Position numbers and translations under genes: made by a program. This document shows positions 1-11,932 of a stretch of DNA of 64,000 nt, in pieces (position 1 is the stretch's first letter; each line of letters starts with the position of its first letter). A model generated the notes under the pieces. That model saw nothing but the letters and a program-made list of their open reading frames with translations. It made no database searches and was not told where the DNA came from. Source of the stretch: Proteromonas lacertae (lineage: Eukaryota); contig NGBS01000011.1 in the NCBI GenBank assembly GCA_002245135.1, positions 1-64,000 of the forward strand, in the 5' to 3' direction.

Positions 1-3
1 TAG

Positions 4-126
4 ATGGCGAGTATGTATTACTTAGGAGAGGGAGTTGAGAAAGATATTGCATCAGCTAAATCATTATTGAAATTTGTGGAGAAAGAAGAAGCTAAAAGAA
101 AGAATAATCCAAAAGAAGAGGAATAA
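4..126 (+). CDS. Last exon of a Sel1-like repeat protein (gene starts upstream of the window)
   Basis: After 'tag' at 1-3 the frame reads MASMYYLGEGVEKDIASAKSLL...EEE*. MYYxGxGVEKD is the Sel1/SLR consensus. Confidence 0.6.
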   Translation: MASMYYLGEGVEKDIASAKSLLKFVEKEEAKRKNNPKEEE

Positions 127-294
127 GTGATTTGTAATAAAAATATTCTAAATAAATACTCCAGTTTTGTTTTTCTATTTGTTCTCACTATTAATAGCTT
201 ATTATTTGTATTGTAGAATGTTTGCACACAATTAGAAAAAAATAAAAAAATACTATTCGTTACAAAATATCAAAGAATTTGCGTTTTTAATTTG

Positions 295-1470
295 ATGGGT
301 ATTTGTTCTTCCCATGCCTTTGAGAATGATTTAAGTAATATGCTACAGGAACATATAAATGTTGATAAAGAAAAACAGAAGAAAATAGTGAAACTTCTAA
401 TTCTAGGTATTTATTTATTGAATATGATATAGGTCCTGGTGATTCAGGAAAGAGTACTATTAGAAAACAATTTCAGATTATCCATTGTAAAGGATTTAGT
501 GATGCTGACAGAATTGCAGTATATTCATGTTTATAATATTTGTAGTATCGATCAATAATTCACTCTAACATAATCCAAAGTTTACAAGCTTTAATTCGAG
601 GTACAAGAGATCTTCCTTTTATCAAACAGCCAATATTACCAGAAAACGCTGTATTTATTATTTTATTATTATAATCAATAGGAAGCTGTAAGTTATATAT
701 TAAACTGTAATAAAGTCACAATAATTAACAAAGAAGATGTAGAACTATTTACTGAACTATGGAATGATCCAGCAATACAAGCAGCACTACAATATGAGAA
801 TTTATTACAATTAGAAGGCTGCATTCAATATTATATGAAGGATCTGGAAAGAATAACTGACTTTGATTATGTTCCATCTGATGATGATATTGTACACTGT
901 AGAAAACGAACCGTTGGAGTAGAGAAATTACAGTTTGTATATGAAGGTGCACAATTCTTAGTAGTAGATGTAGGAGGGCAAAGGAATGAAAGAAGAAAAT
1001 GGATTAATCACTTCGATAATGTTGATGCGTTATTATTTGTAGCTAGTTTATCAGAATATGATCAAGTATTACGAGAAGATCAATCTACAAAGAGATTAGA
1101 TGAATCACTTAATTTATTCAGAGAAATGTGTAAAAATCCCGATTTTGCAGAACATGATATGATATTACTACTAAATAAGAAAGATCTATTTATGGAGAAA
1201 ATAACAAGGAAAAATGACTTGGCGAAATTCTATCCTGAGTTCAAATGCCCTGAAGGAAAAGATCTTGTGAATAGTGGAAGAGATTTTATATTTGACATGT
1301 ATAAGAAGATATTTGATGAAGTTAAACACCATATAATACGATCAGATGGAAGTGAAGCTAATTTAGTATCATTTACTACTTGTGCAACTTCTACTTCTAG
1401 TATACGACAGACATTTGAAGCATGTAATGTACTAATTAGAAAGAGAAATTTAAGCTCTTCTGGTTTGTAG
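295..1470 (+). CDS. Heterotrimeric G-protein alpha subunit (3 short introns)
   Basis: MGICSS N-terminus (myristoyl/palmitoyl type), KLLILG|PGDSGKST P-loop across an intron, CRKRTVG switch I, DVGGQRNERRKW, NKKD, TCAT. Confidence 0.95.
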
Positions 1471-1626
1471 ATTATGTTATTTTATATGTTGTTATTGTTG
1501 TAGATAATGTTCATTTAATATTTAATTTTTTCTTTATAATAATTACTGTTGTTGATTATAAATGCAATGAAATAAACAATTTACAACTGAAAAACAGATG
1601 AAAAAAGAAAGAAAGAAAAAAAGCTT

Positions 1627-3059
1627 TTATTCCTTTTCTTCAACTTCTACATTATTATTATTATTATTATTTTGTTCACTATTCAATGAATTACTAATAT
1701 CATTTTTATGTTCAACAATCTCATGAATTGTATTGGTTACATTTTCACATAATTCATTTATTCTATCACTAGCAGTAGTATTTGGTACTGTAGCAGCAGC
1801 TGTAGTTGTAGTACTATTTGTATCAGTTTGTATTTGTACATCATTTCCATTATTCATTCTACAATATTCTAATAACAGATTACTGCAACAATTTGAACTC
1901 ATTGATATTTCATTCAAACTGCTACTAACTAAATTAATCAGATTTCTATCAATAACTACATTAGTTAATAATAGTTCTGATAATTGTAAAAGTGGACTAA
2001 TTGATTCACTTAATATTAACATTAACTTTTGTAATAATTCACCAATCATCTAAATTAAAAAATATATTAAAAAATATTAATATATATAAATATATATACT
2101 TCATTTATTGTACGATTATTATTTTCAATATTCACAGGACTCTGACGTAAAGAATTGTTTAATGAACTCATTCTTCTTTCAGTATTACTTAATATTTCAA
2201 ATATATAATTGTAATTACTAGATATTGATGAATTATTTAATTGATGGGATGATGATGGTGGTGGAGATTGTTGTTGTTGTTGTTGATTATGATGGTGACG
2301 ATTATTTGCACTGACTGTTGTAATATGAATAGTTCGACTACTATTTGTTCTTCTTCTTCTATCATCACCTTCTACATCATTAGATCTACGTCTTCTTACA
2401 CCATGAGTTGATGATCTTCCTGTTGATGATGTTGATGTTCTTCCTGTAGAAGCTGCAGCAGGAGGAGGAGGTTGTTGTTGTTGTGCAGTAGTAGTAGTTG
2501 ATGATGTTGATGTTGAAGTAGATTGTTGTTGTTGTTGTTGAAATCTTGTTGGATTAGTGATTGAATGCAAGATTGTATTTAACATATCCATATTTATTCC
2601 ACTGCCTGAAGAACCTCCTCCATGATTTGGCTCTTCTAATACCATTGATATAGAGAATGAAGAGGATGAAACTGGCTATTGATAAAGATATAAAAACGTT
2701 TGATTATACACTTGTTGTTGAGTGGGTTGATTCTGAACTTGTTGAATTTGTAGTATCGCTTGTACCATTAGCTGCAGATGATTCTCTGGAAGAATGATGA
2801 GATGGGTCCTATGAAAATAACTAATTTCGAAAAATACCAAATTTCTTCGTACCATATGTATTACACATCCATCACTAATACCATAATCAGAGAGTAATGA
2901 ACCGGGCTGCATAAGTTGCCCTCTAAAAATTAGTCTTTGTTGATTAGTTGGCATATTACACTTTTCAGCAATTGCCTTCGATAAAGTGTCAATTGACGCA
3001 TTATCTGGCACTTCTAAATTTACATCATCTTGATCTAATATTCTTATTTTAAGTTTCAT
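1627..3059 (-). CDS. N-terminal ubiquitin-like domain protein with low-complexity middle (BAG6/ubiquilin-like architecture)
   Basis: MKLKIRIL...QQRLIFRGQLM...LSDYGISDGCVIHMV is a UBL domain. ORFs 2676-3059, 2067-2645 and 1627-2049 are joined by short GT..AG introns. Confidence 0.8.
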
Positions 3060-3208
3060 TATTTTAGCTCGTTTATCTCAAGCTTACTTCTTTTTCAAAA
3101 TAGTTTTTAAAAACACAAAAAGACAAATATAATATAGAAATATACTGTTAATAATATACAATTAAATAACTACATATTTGCTGATTGTATAAATAGTTTT
3201 TTAATGAT

Positions 3209-4853
3209 TTAAATTTCTGTTGGATGTTTTGTGGTGGTTGTATCATACAAAGAAGTAAAGGATCTATCTTTCGGTTTCCTCTCAGTTATTGCAGGTGATT
3301 GTAAAAGATGAGTGAAATTTGAATGAGTTTTAGCTCTTGGTCTACAATTGTTTATAAGCTTTGCTTCAAGACTAGTTCGTCTTGAAGCTGGATTAGAATG
3401 TATAAAATTAGTATCAATTGGAGATAATTCTGCATTTCTTCCAATACGACTATATCTGCCATGTAATTTAAGGATAGGGATCTTTGGGCTGTTTTCAACT
3501 TTGTTACTGTTATCTATTAATGATAAATTTGAAAAGGTTAATTCTATTGGTGAATGTGAAAAATTCTTTCTATTATCATTTCTATAATTTATAAAGAATT
3601 GATCAACTGAATAGAACTCTTCATAAGGACAAAATGTTCTAAATAATCTTACAGGAAATGGTTCTGCATGAAGATCAAAATTTGGTTTATATCTTTTTAT
3701 ACAAATAAACAATATATTGTTATATGTTATTTCAGAATCAAAACAATCATTAATCATATTTATCAGGATGGGGAATTGATTTTATTAGATCTTTATAGAT
3801 GTTTTACATGGTAATGGCCTATATTTACATTTATGAAGTGTTTGATATTCGTGTATATCACCTATATGTTTCTTTCTATTGAATATTGAATATATAAATA
3901 TCAGTCTCTTTAAATATTAATTCAATTAACTTCTTTCTGATTTTAAATAAATTCTCCCAACATGACCACGTCTTTGTTACTAAGGAATAGAACTGTGCAA
4001 AAGTAATGATGCCGTCTTTATTACTATACATAAGAATAAACATCAAGAAAATGATTATTATACATATCATATTGATTAAACACACTTTTAATAATAATTT
4101 CATTTTACTTCTGCTATGTAGCAATGTTTGTAAGCTCAAAATATCTTCCTATAAACATTTTATTATACATATGAATAAATACTAGAGAAATTTCATACCT
4201 TGAATCAGAATTAATGTGTAAAACAACTATAACATTATATAATATTCCCTGATATACAATAAAAAAGAGCTGGAGTTGGACTAAAACACACAATGATCAC
4301 AAAACAAAAGAATGTATTCCAGTCACTTAAGCAGTTGTCTACATTTTAAATCTAACAATATTTATACTGTTTCTCCTAAAAAATAATTCATATAATTGGT
4401 ATGTTCTTGTGTGTAATAACTGAGATAGTCCTTTTTCAAAAGATTCTTTATTACTACTTTTTAAATGTAGATTAACAAATACCATATTAGCTGCTTATGT
4501 ATCTTTTTGATCATTATTATTTCTTCATTATTCATATATTAGAATGTTACTTTTCAAATCATACTAAAGAAATATTTTGCACAAAGTCTAGATGACTTGT
4601 TCAAACCATTAACATCTCTATCTGGTTGAAGGATATTCTCATCATTACATGTATTGATGCTCATTTAAAAAAAATAACCAACATAAAAGACTTGGCTTGA
4701 GCAGTTTTGAACTTTATTAAATATTCTTCCTTCAGCAGTGTATTTATCGTCATCATAATCTATACATTGTAGTAAGTACATTATTTTCGACTTGTGAGTA
4801 TATCTGAATAGCTTAGTCTCGAAGAATGGATGAAAGATGCGATAGAGATACAT
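3209..4853 (-). CDS. EF-hand family protein, tandem paralog A (two apparent +1 frameshifts; pseudogene or assembly error; 5' end uncertain)
   Basis: xNKDGIITFAQF EF-hand loop; colinear with 9895-11620; frame breaks near 3750 and 3890-3905. Confidence 0.6.
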
Positions 4854-5862
4854 TGTTTGATAATAAATACAATAATAATGTTATAGAACAATTTAAAATT
4901 TGGGAATTAACAAACATTTTAAAATAAGAGAGTATATCATTTCTTGGAGGAAATATAGAATGATTAGTTTAAATAGTATTGGAAATATAAAGAATGATTG
5001 TTTGCTAGAAAAGAAATCAAATTAGAATTTCTATCAAAAGAAATGGTAAAGAAAGAGATTGAAATATTAAAATTTGTGAGTGCACTATACACTATAAAAA
5101 ATAATTCGCATTGAATTTTATTTTGCAAATAGGATTACAATACTTGGCTCAGATCTGGTTTGTCAATATTTGACTTTTATACCTTTTTCTTTTGTTTTTT
5201 TCATTATGTTAGAGATTAAATTAAGATAAGATTTTTTGTATATCTAGTGATCTCATATTCTGCTTTACATATAGCTATAAAACAAAGAATTCTATTTTTT
5301 GATGTATTTTTGAATGAAGTGAAATATAAATACTAACTATATAAACTTGAAGTACAGTACATACTAAGTTAAATTATACCATAAAATAAAAGCTGCACTT
5401 GCCAGTCTAAAAAAATATGAACAAATTTCTCAAGTCCTTAAATTTTTACTATTTTATATATATATTTCTAAACAACAAACAAAATTAAAGGTATGGTAAT
5501 ATTTTTATCGCTTAACCATCATATAACTTAGAATGGATTTTGAGAAGTGGTAAATAATTTTATTAAACTTATAATATTAATTGGTCTAAGCCAATACAAT
5601 ATAGTGAATCTGTTATATATGCTGTGTATGTGTATTATAATAAATATGTTCAAATACTGAATAAGCATCTATATTACAACTATTTATATGTTATATCTAC
5701 TTTACATAGTTTAATTTATACAAAATAACGAGTGAATAGATTGAACTAATTGAGTAAATTGAAAAAAATAAATCGGTAAAATTTATTCTTTACATTGTCA
5801 ATGTAATAACAAACGTAATTGAATTTATTTAATTGATATTTTGATTAGTATTTTACTAAGAT

Positions 5863-8800
5863 ATGAAATTTATTAAAGATTTAATTAACAAATTCCCAAG
5901 AATAGTATCCTTAAAGCCAATTATCTTAAATAATTCTATAATCCTAACAGATAATGCTTTAAAAGAATACAAATGTGCAGATGATGTTATTGGTACATTC
6001 AAAAATAAAATATATATATATCCACAAATGATCAACATACAGTAATTACATATATACGTTATAACATAATACTAATAATAGATTCATCATACATAAGTAC
6101 AGAAGTAATAAGAATATTTATAACTCCATTATTATACCAAAAAGATATTTTGTTTTATGTTGATGACTATGTTGATGATTTTTTTGAAGATTTTCTATTT
6201 TTAGTAAATATAGTTTATAGTTATAATATACATATGGATAATATGCTAAATAAGATAATTAAAGTATTCAATAACATAAAGAAGAAATTCAAATTTACTT
6301 TCAGAAGAATAGTTAAAAAAGTATTACAAGAAATTCAGGATATCTTCGAAATACATGAAACAATGGTAAAAAAAAGAAAAATAGAAGATAATCAAATATT
6401 TAGTATGTTGTATTATCCACAGTTATACAATAATAAACCATTAATCGATTTATCAATAATATTATCATCAAATATAAGTTCTATTAATATTAATACATTG
6501 GAATATAATAAAAACAACTATACTTCCATAAATTTTTCAGGAATAGAAATAAATACAATTAATGATGTGATGAAGTTAATTGAGAATAACAGATATATAT
6601 TAGTTAGTTATCCATATTATAATGAGAAGGTAATGATAAAAAAAATTCTTTCATATAGTTATATAATTGAAAGGAAAGGTAAATCAGTGAAATTTGAAAG
6701 TAATAAAGATATTAAACTCTACCAAGAAATCAAAAATATATTGGAAAAAGAAGAATCAATTAAAATAGATTATATAATCCAATACATATATGAAGGTATA
6801 GAAAAGTATGTCCCATTAAATAGAATTAGAATATGTGATGACTGTATTGGTAATAAAGATTCAGAAGGTGATGAAGATGGTTTAGAAGAAGATCTTAACG
6901 ATGATCCAAAAGAAAATGATGAAAATAAAGATAGTGAAGTGGAAGATGATGAAGATAGTGAAGTGGAAGATGATGAAGATAGTGAAGTGGAAGATAATGA
7001 AGATAGTGAAGTGGAAGATGATGAAGATAGTGAAGTGGAAGATGATGAAGATAGTGAAGTGGAAGATGATGAAGATAGTGAAGTGGAAGATGAATGAAGA
7101 TAGTGAAGTGGAAGATGATGAAGATAGTGAAGTGGAAGATGATGAAGATAGTGAAGTGGAAGATGATGAAGATAGTGAAGTGGAAGATGATGAAGATAGT
7201 GAAGTGGAAGATGATGAAGATAGTGAAGTGGAAGATGGATGGAAGATGAGGTGGAAGTGGAAGAGGATGATGAAAATGCAAGTAATAACGAGTATAGATT
7301 AATGTCATATTTATACAAATTCTTTATAAAGAATTATATTTCTAATGTCAATTCATCAATTCTATTAAAAGAATTATCTAGTATTCATCTTATAAGCTGT
7401 AGAACTTTCAAATCATTAAAGAGTAAAGTAATTAAAGATAATATTTTGCCAAATCCAGATAAGGATAATTATCTTAGCATTAAAGAAAGTCTAGTTTATT
7501 TATTGACAAATATAAAAGAAATTCCAATAATTAGTTCATCAACTGAAAAATGTAATAACTATATAAACATAAACAGAATAGACAAAAACCATACATATAA
7601 ACATCTTATTCTACAAATAAGCCTTGATGGAGTAGAAAAGAGTCCATTTAGTATAAATAATAATAGTGTTATGTGTTTTCATACAAAATTCTCAATTTTT
7701 ATAGTAGTAATATGATTCAGGTTATTACAGTAACTAATGTAAGTGAAAAAATTAATTTTTATACAAACAAAATATGCAACGAACTCAATGACTTATTTTT
7801 AGATGGATTTAAGATTGATAGTGAGTTTTATAATGTGTACTGTATTTCGTTTATTGGAGATATGCCTGGAGTGATAAAGTTAATGAATTATCATAACTTT
7901 GTATCTTCCAAGCATTACTGCCGATCATGTAATAGTTATGTAAGGAAAATAGGTGGGAAGAAAGTAAGACATAGTGTTAGAGGAATGAAAATTATTAAAG
8001 ATTATGATCAGTATTATAACTATAAAGAAAACAGAAAATGGAAATTATTTACAACTTCAAGTTACAATTACTTCTTATTAACTAAATATAATAAAGTATC
8101 AAATTTCAATAATTTAATTTACTATTCAATAGATTTAGTAACATTCGATATCCTTCATACTATAAATAATGTCTTCAATACAATGTGGAAAGATAAAAAA
8201 TATCCTATTAGCATTGTGAAAGAATATTTTAACATGAATAACTATAAACTAAAATTTAGTTCAAATAGTATTAATTATTTCGATTTAAATAAGTTAAACA
8301 AATATAACATGATAATTCAAAATTATTTCTATATTAATTTACTTCCATTATTAATAATTAATTCAAATAGATCACTATTTCTTATCATAGATATTATAGT
8401 AAGATGTATTAACATGGATTTCAATAATATGTCAAGAAAAGAAATGGAAAAGATTTTGTATGAAAATTTTATTCAGTTGGAGATACAATACAAAAACAAT
8501 ATTACTCCTAGTATTCATTCATTACTTCACATAGTTAGCTATGCAAAGAACTTTCCTCTCAAACACAGCACAGCTGTTTTTGAGAGGAGTTACAAAGTTA
8601 TTAAACATATCAAAATTAGTAATAATAATGTTATAAAAAGTATAATGAATAATATATGTGCAATTAATCAACTTCATGTTATGAATTACAATAGAAATAG
8701 AAGTACGTATAAACTGAGTGAATGTAGTTATGATACTATGGAAGAAATATTTTTTAATAGTAGATATAAATCATTTAACATTATATCATTCCATGAAGGA

Positions 8801-9025
8801 AATAAAATGGTATTCGGATTAATAAAAAAAGTAAATACAGGAAATATAGTATATCTACCTATCAAGGTTAAAGAGCTATCAATTCACATTTATAAGTATA
8901 TTGCAATGAAAAAAACTACAAACAGTGTTAACATAAATGATATTATAATATTTAATATAATTTATAAAAATAATAGTGAATACTATTTTTGTATCACTAA
9001 ATTCATGAAATATGAAGATATTTAA
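5863..9025 (+). pseudogene. CACTA-type DDE transposase ORF broken by several single-base frameshifts
   Basis: LQISLDGV (D1), FIGDMPG (D2), HYCRSC, DILH, IHSLLHI..FPL..STAVFERS (E). Frame breaks near 6020, 7093, 7237 and 7678. Confidence 0.7.
6930..7237 (+). repeat. 24-bp minisatellite, about 13 copies, encoding DSEVEDDE
   Basis: Unit GATAGTGAAGTGGAAGATGATGAA directly repeated; one unit carries an extra A near 7093. Confidence 0.95.
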
Positions 9026-9894
9026 TAGAGTTCTATCATTACTAAAGTATATGATTATAATTCTATAAAATAGATTACCTTATGCTGGTTCTGCATTAGA
9101 AATGACATTTTTATAAAGTATATGTTATTAATTTATATATTCAATAGGTTTTATAGAAATTTTTAGAGAAATTTAAGAATCAGTAATAATTTAGAACAGT
9201 GATTTAATTTTTTTATTATATTTATGATGTTTATATATGCTGTTAAATAGTGTAATACAGCTACTAAGGTGGGAGCAAGTAAATATAAAAAAAGCTAATA
9301 TCTTCATATCTACAGGGAATTGAGGGAAAATAACTTGATAACTGATCCATATATGAATACTTTTTACGATCTGCACATAATATCGCCTAATAAGCCAAAT
9401 TTACTCATCAAAATTAATTTCTCTCAATCCAAAAATGGCCTATACCACAACCCTTTAAATTAGTGTCCGATGCCAACAAAAAAAAATCAATGGTTTTAAG
9501 TTCCTAAATAAGGAATACGTTGTATTAAGGTTAAAACACTTCAAACTGTATTTAATTTTTTTAACCTTAGAAAGAAAATCAAAAGATTTTGTTTATGTTA
9601 TGTTAGTAGCTATGACTATATATATATAAATATGCAATAAAGAGATAAGATACCTAAATTAGGTAATTTAGAAACTAACTACACTATCATATATTCTAAC
9701 ATATAATTCATGTTATGGTAAAATTTTACTTTTTAATTCCTTATGGTTATTGAGAAAAAATACAAAAAAGACAAAAAATACACTTAGAAAATTTTTATAG
9801 TGTGAGTTAGATGAAGAGAATAATTATTTAATAGATATATAATCAAATACAAATTACATGTAAATACACACACATATATATACTACAACTAATT

Positions 9895-11620
9895 TTAAAT
9901 TGCTGATGGATGCTTTGTTGTTGTTATATCAAACAAATTAGTAAAAGATTTATTCTCTTCTTTACACAGTTCATCAATTCGTTCATTATGTTCTTTATTC
10001 TCTACTACACATGAATGAGTTTTAGATCTTGCTCTATATTTATAACTAATATCTGTTTCAATACTATCTCTTCTGTGATGTAGATGATTAAAATTGAAAT
10101 TAGACTCACTTGGAGAAATAAAAATATCTTTTCCAACTAGACTATACCTTCCATTGATTTTTAATATAGGAATATTAGGGCTTTTTTCGACTTTATTAAT
10201 ATTATTATTATTCATATCAATCAATGAGAGTTTTGAACATGATACTCTTAATGATGAATGTAATAAATATTCTTTATTACTACGCATTTTACTTCTATAA
10301 GATAAATAGAATTGATCAACATAATTAAACTCTTCATAAGGACAGATTACTCGAAGAAATCTTACAGGAAATGGTTCTGCATGAAGATCAAAATTTGGTT
10401 TATATCTTTTTATACAAATAAACAATATATTGTTATATGTTATTTCAGAATCAAAACAATCATAATCATATTTATCAGGATGGGGAATTGATTTTATTAG
10501 ATTCTTTATAGATGTTATACAAGGCAATGGTCTGTACTTACCTTTGTGTAATATTTGATATTCGCGTATTTCATCTATATGTTTCCTTCTACTAAATATT
10601 GCATAATATATTCTTTTATCTTTAAATATTAATTCAATTAACTTCTTTCTGATTTTAAATAAATTCTCCCAACATGACCACGTCTTTGTTACTAAGGAAT
10701 AGAACTGTGCAAAAGTAATGATGCCGTCTTTATTACTATACATAAGAATAAACATCAAGAAAATGATTATTATACCAATTATATTGCTTGAATATTTTTA
10801 TGATATTATTTTCACTGTTACTTCTGTTATGTATCATGGTCAATAGGCTTAAAATATCTTCCTATATAGTGCAATATTATAAGATAGAAATATACAAGAG
10901 AAATATCATAACTTGAATCAGAATTGATGTGTAATAAAACTATATCCAAATAATTCCCATATAACAAGGTATACAATAAAAAAGTGCTGGAGTTGGACTA
11001 AAACACATAACGATCACAAAACAGAAGAATGTATTCCAGTCAGTCAAAGCGATATCTAGATTATAAAATCATACAAGATCTATACCCTTTCTTCTGAAGA
11101 ACAATTGGTACAGTTGATATATTCTTGTGTTTAATAACTGAGAAATTCCCTTTTCAAAGGTATCTTTTTCGCTACACGCAAATAAAACATAAATATCAAT
11201 ACCAGATCAACTTTTTGTGGATACTTCTTATCATATCAATTTCTTGGTTGTTCACTACATTAATTAATGTATTTCTATACTAAAGAAATATTTAGCGCAT
11301 AGCCTTGAACATTCATTTAAATCGTTGCTATCTTTATCTGGTTGTAGTTCGTTTAATCCTTCCTTCTCATTCATATGAAATTAAGAAGATTATGTGATGT
11401 ACAAAACTTGGCTTGAGATATATTATCGTTATTTTCAAAATATAATTTCTCAGAAGTATATGTACTCCATAATAGGTATGATTATATTTTATTTGTGTTC
11501 TTAATGTAAATATTCTTCTTACTGCATATTAAGTACATAAAAACGTATTTTGCAGTTAATTAAGAAGTATTTAAGTGATATGATGTAAGATAATAATGCA
11601 TTGTATTTCACGGTTATGCA
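9895..11620 (-). CDS. EF-hand family protein, tandem paralog B (3' exon intact; 5' end uncertain)
   Basis: Long 3' exon (within ORF 9895-10758) with NKDGIITFAQF; upstream exons (DWNTFFCFVIVMCFSPTPALFY, QPDKDSNDLNECSRLCAKYFF) match paralog A. Confidence 0.7.
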
Positions 11621-11932
11621 ATGTGCATTATTTAACAGATGAACATACGTATTTTTATTTTATAGACATCGTTAAATATTTAAAAAAATATATATGATAT
11701 AATTCTCAGAATAACATTAAATTACATTTAATTATCTGCTTTCTGTAAAATATACAGAATTAACTTCAAATTCTAATTTCGCTGCATACTTCACTAACTA
11801 ATGTATATCAACAATTATATCACCTAGAAGAAATATTGATTTGATTATTAATGCAATGGATGAGATATACGCAAATTAAAATTCAAATTAAATCCGTTTC
11901 ATTTTAAACAGTTATTTTTTAAATATTATTTT

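Larger units (their letters stand above)
5090..9802 (+). mobile_element. CACTA/EnSpm (CMC superfamily) DNA transposon
   Basis: Perfect 11-bp terminal inverted repeats CACTATAAAAA (5090-5100) and TTTTTATAGTG (9792-9802) around a transposase-like coding region. Confidence 0.8.

Noticed and set aside
295..1470. G-alpha as a linked partner of the cyclase-PDE gene
   Set aside because: It is 30 kb away with unrelated genes between, eukaryotic linkage is uninformative, and soluble-type cyclases are not classically G-protein regulated.
6930..7237. Possible CRISPR-like array
   Set aside because: The units are contiguous with no spacers and lie in a eukaryotic coding frame.
6770..7318. Antisense and alternative-frame ORFs (HHLPLHYL, FHFTIFII, KMMKIVKW repeats)
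   Set aside because: These are shadow translations of the 24-bp minisatellite.
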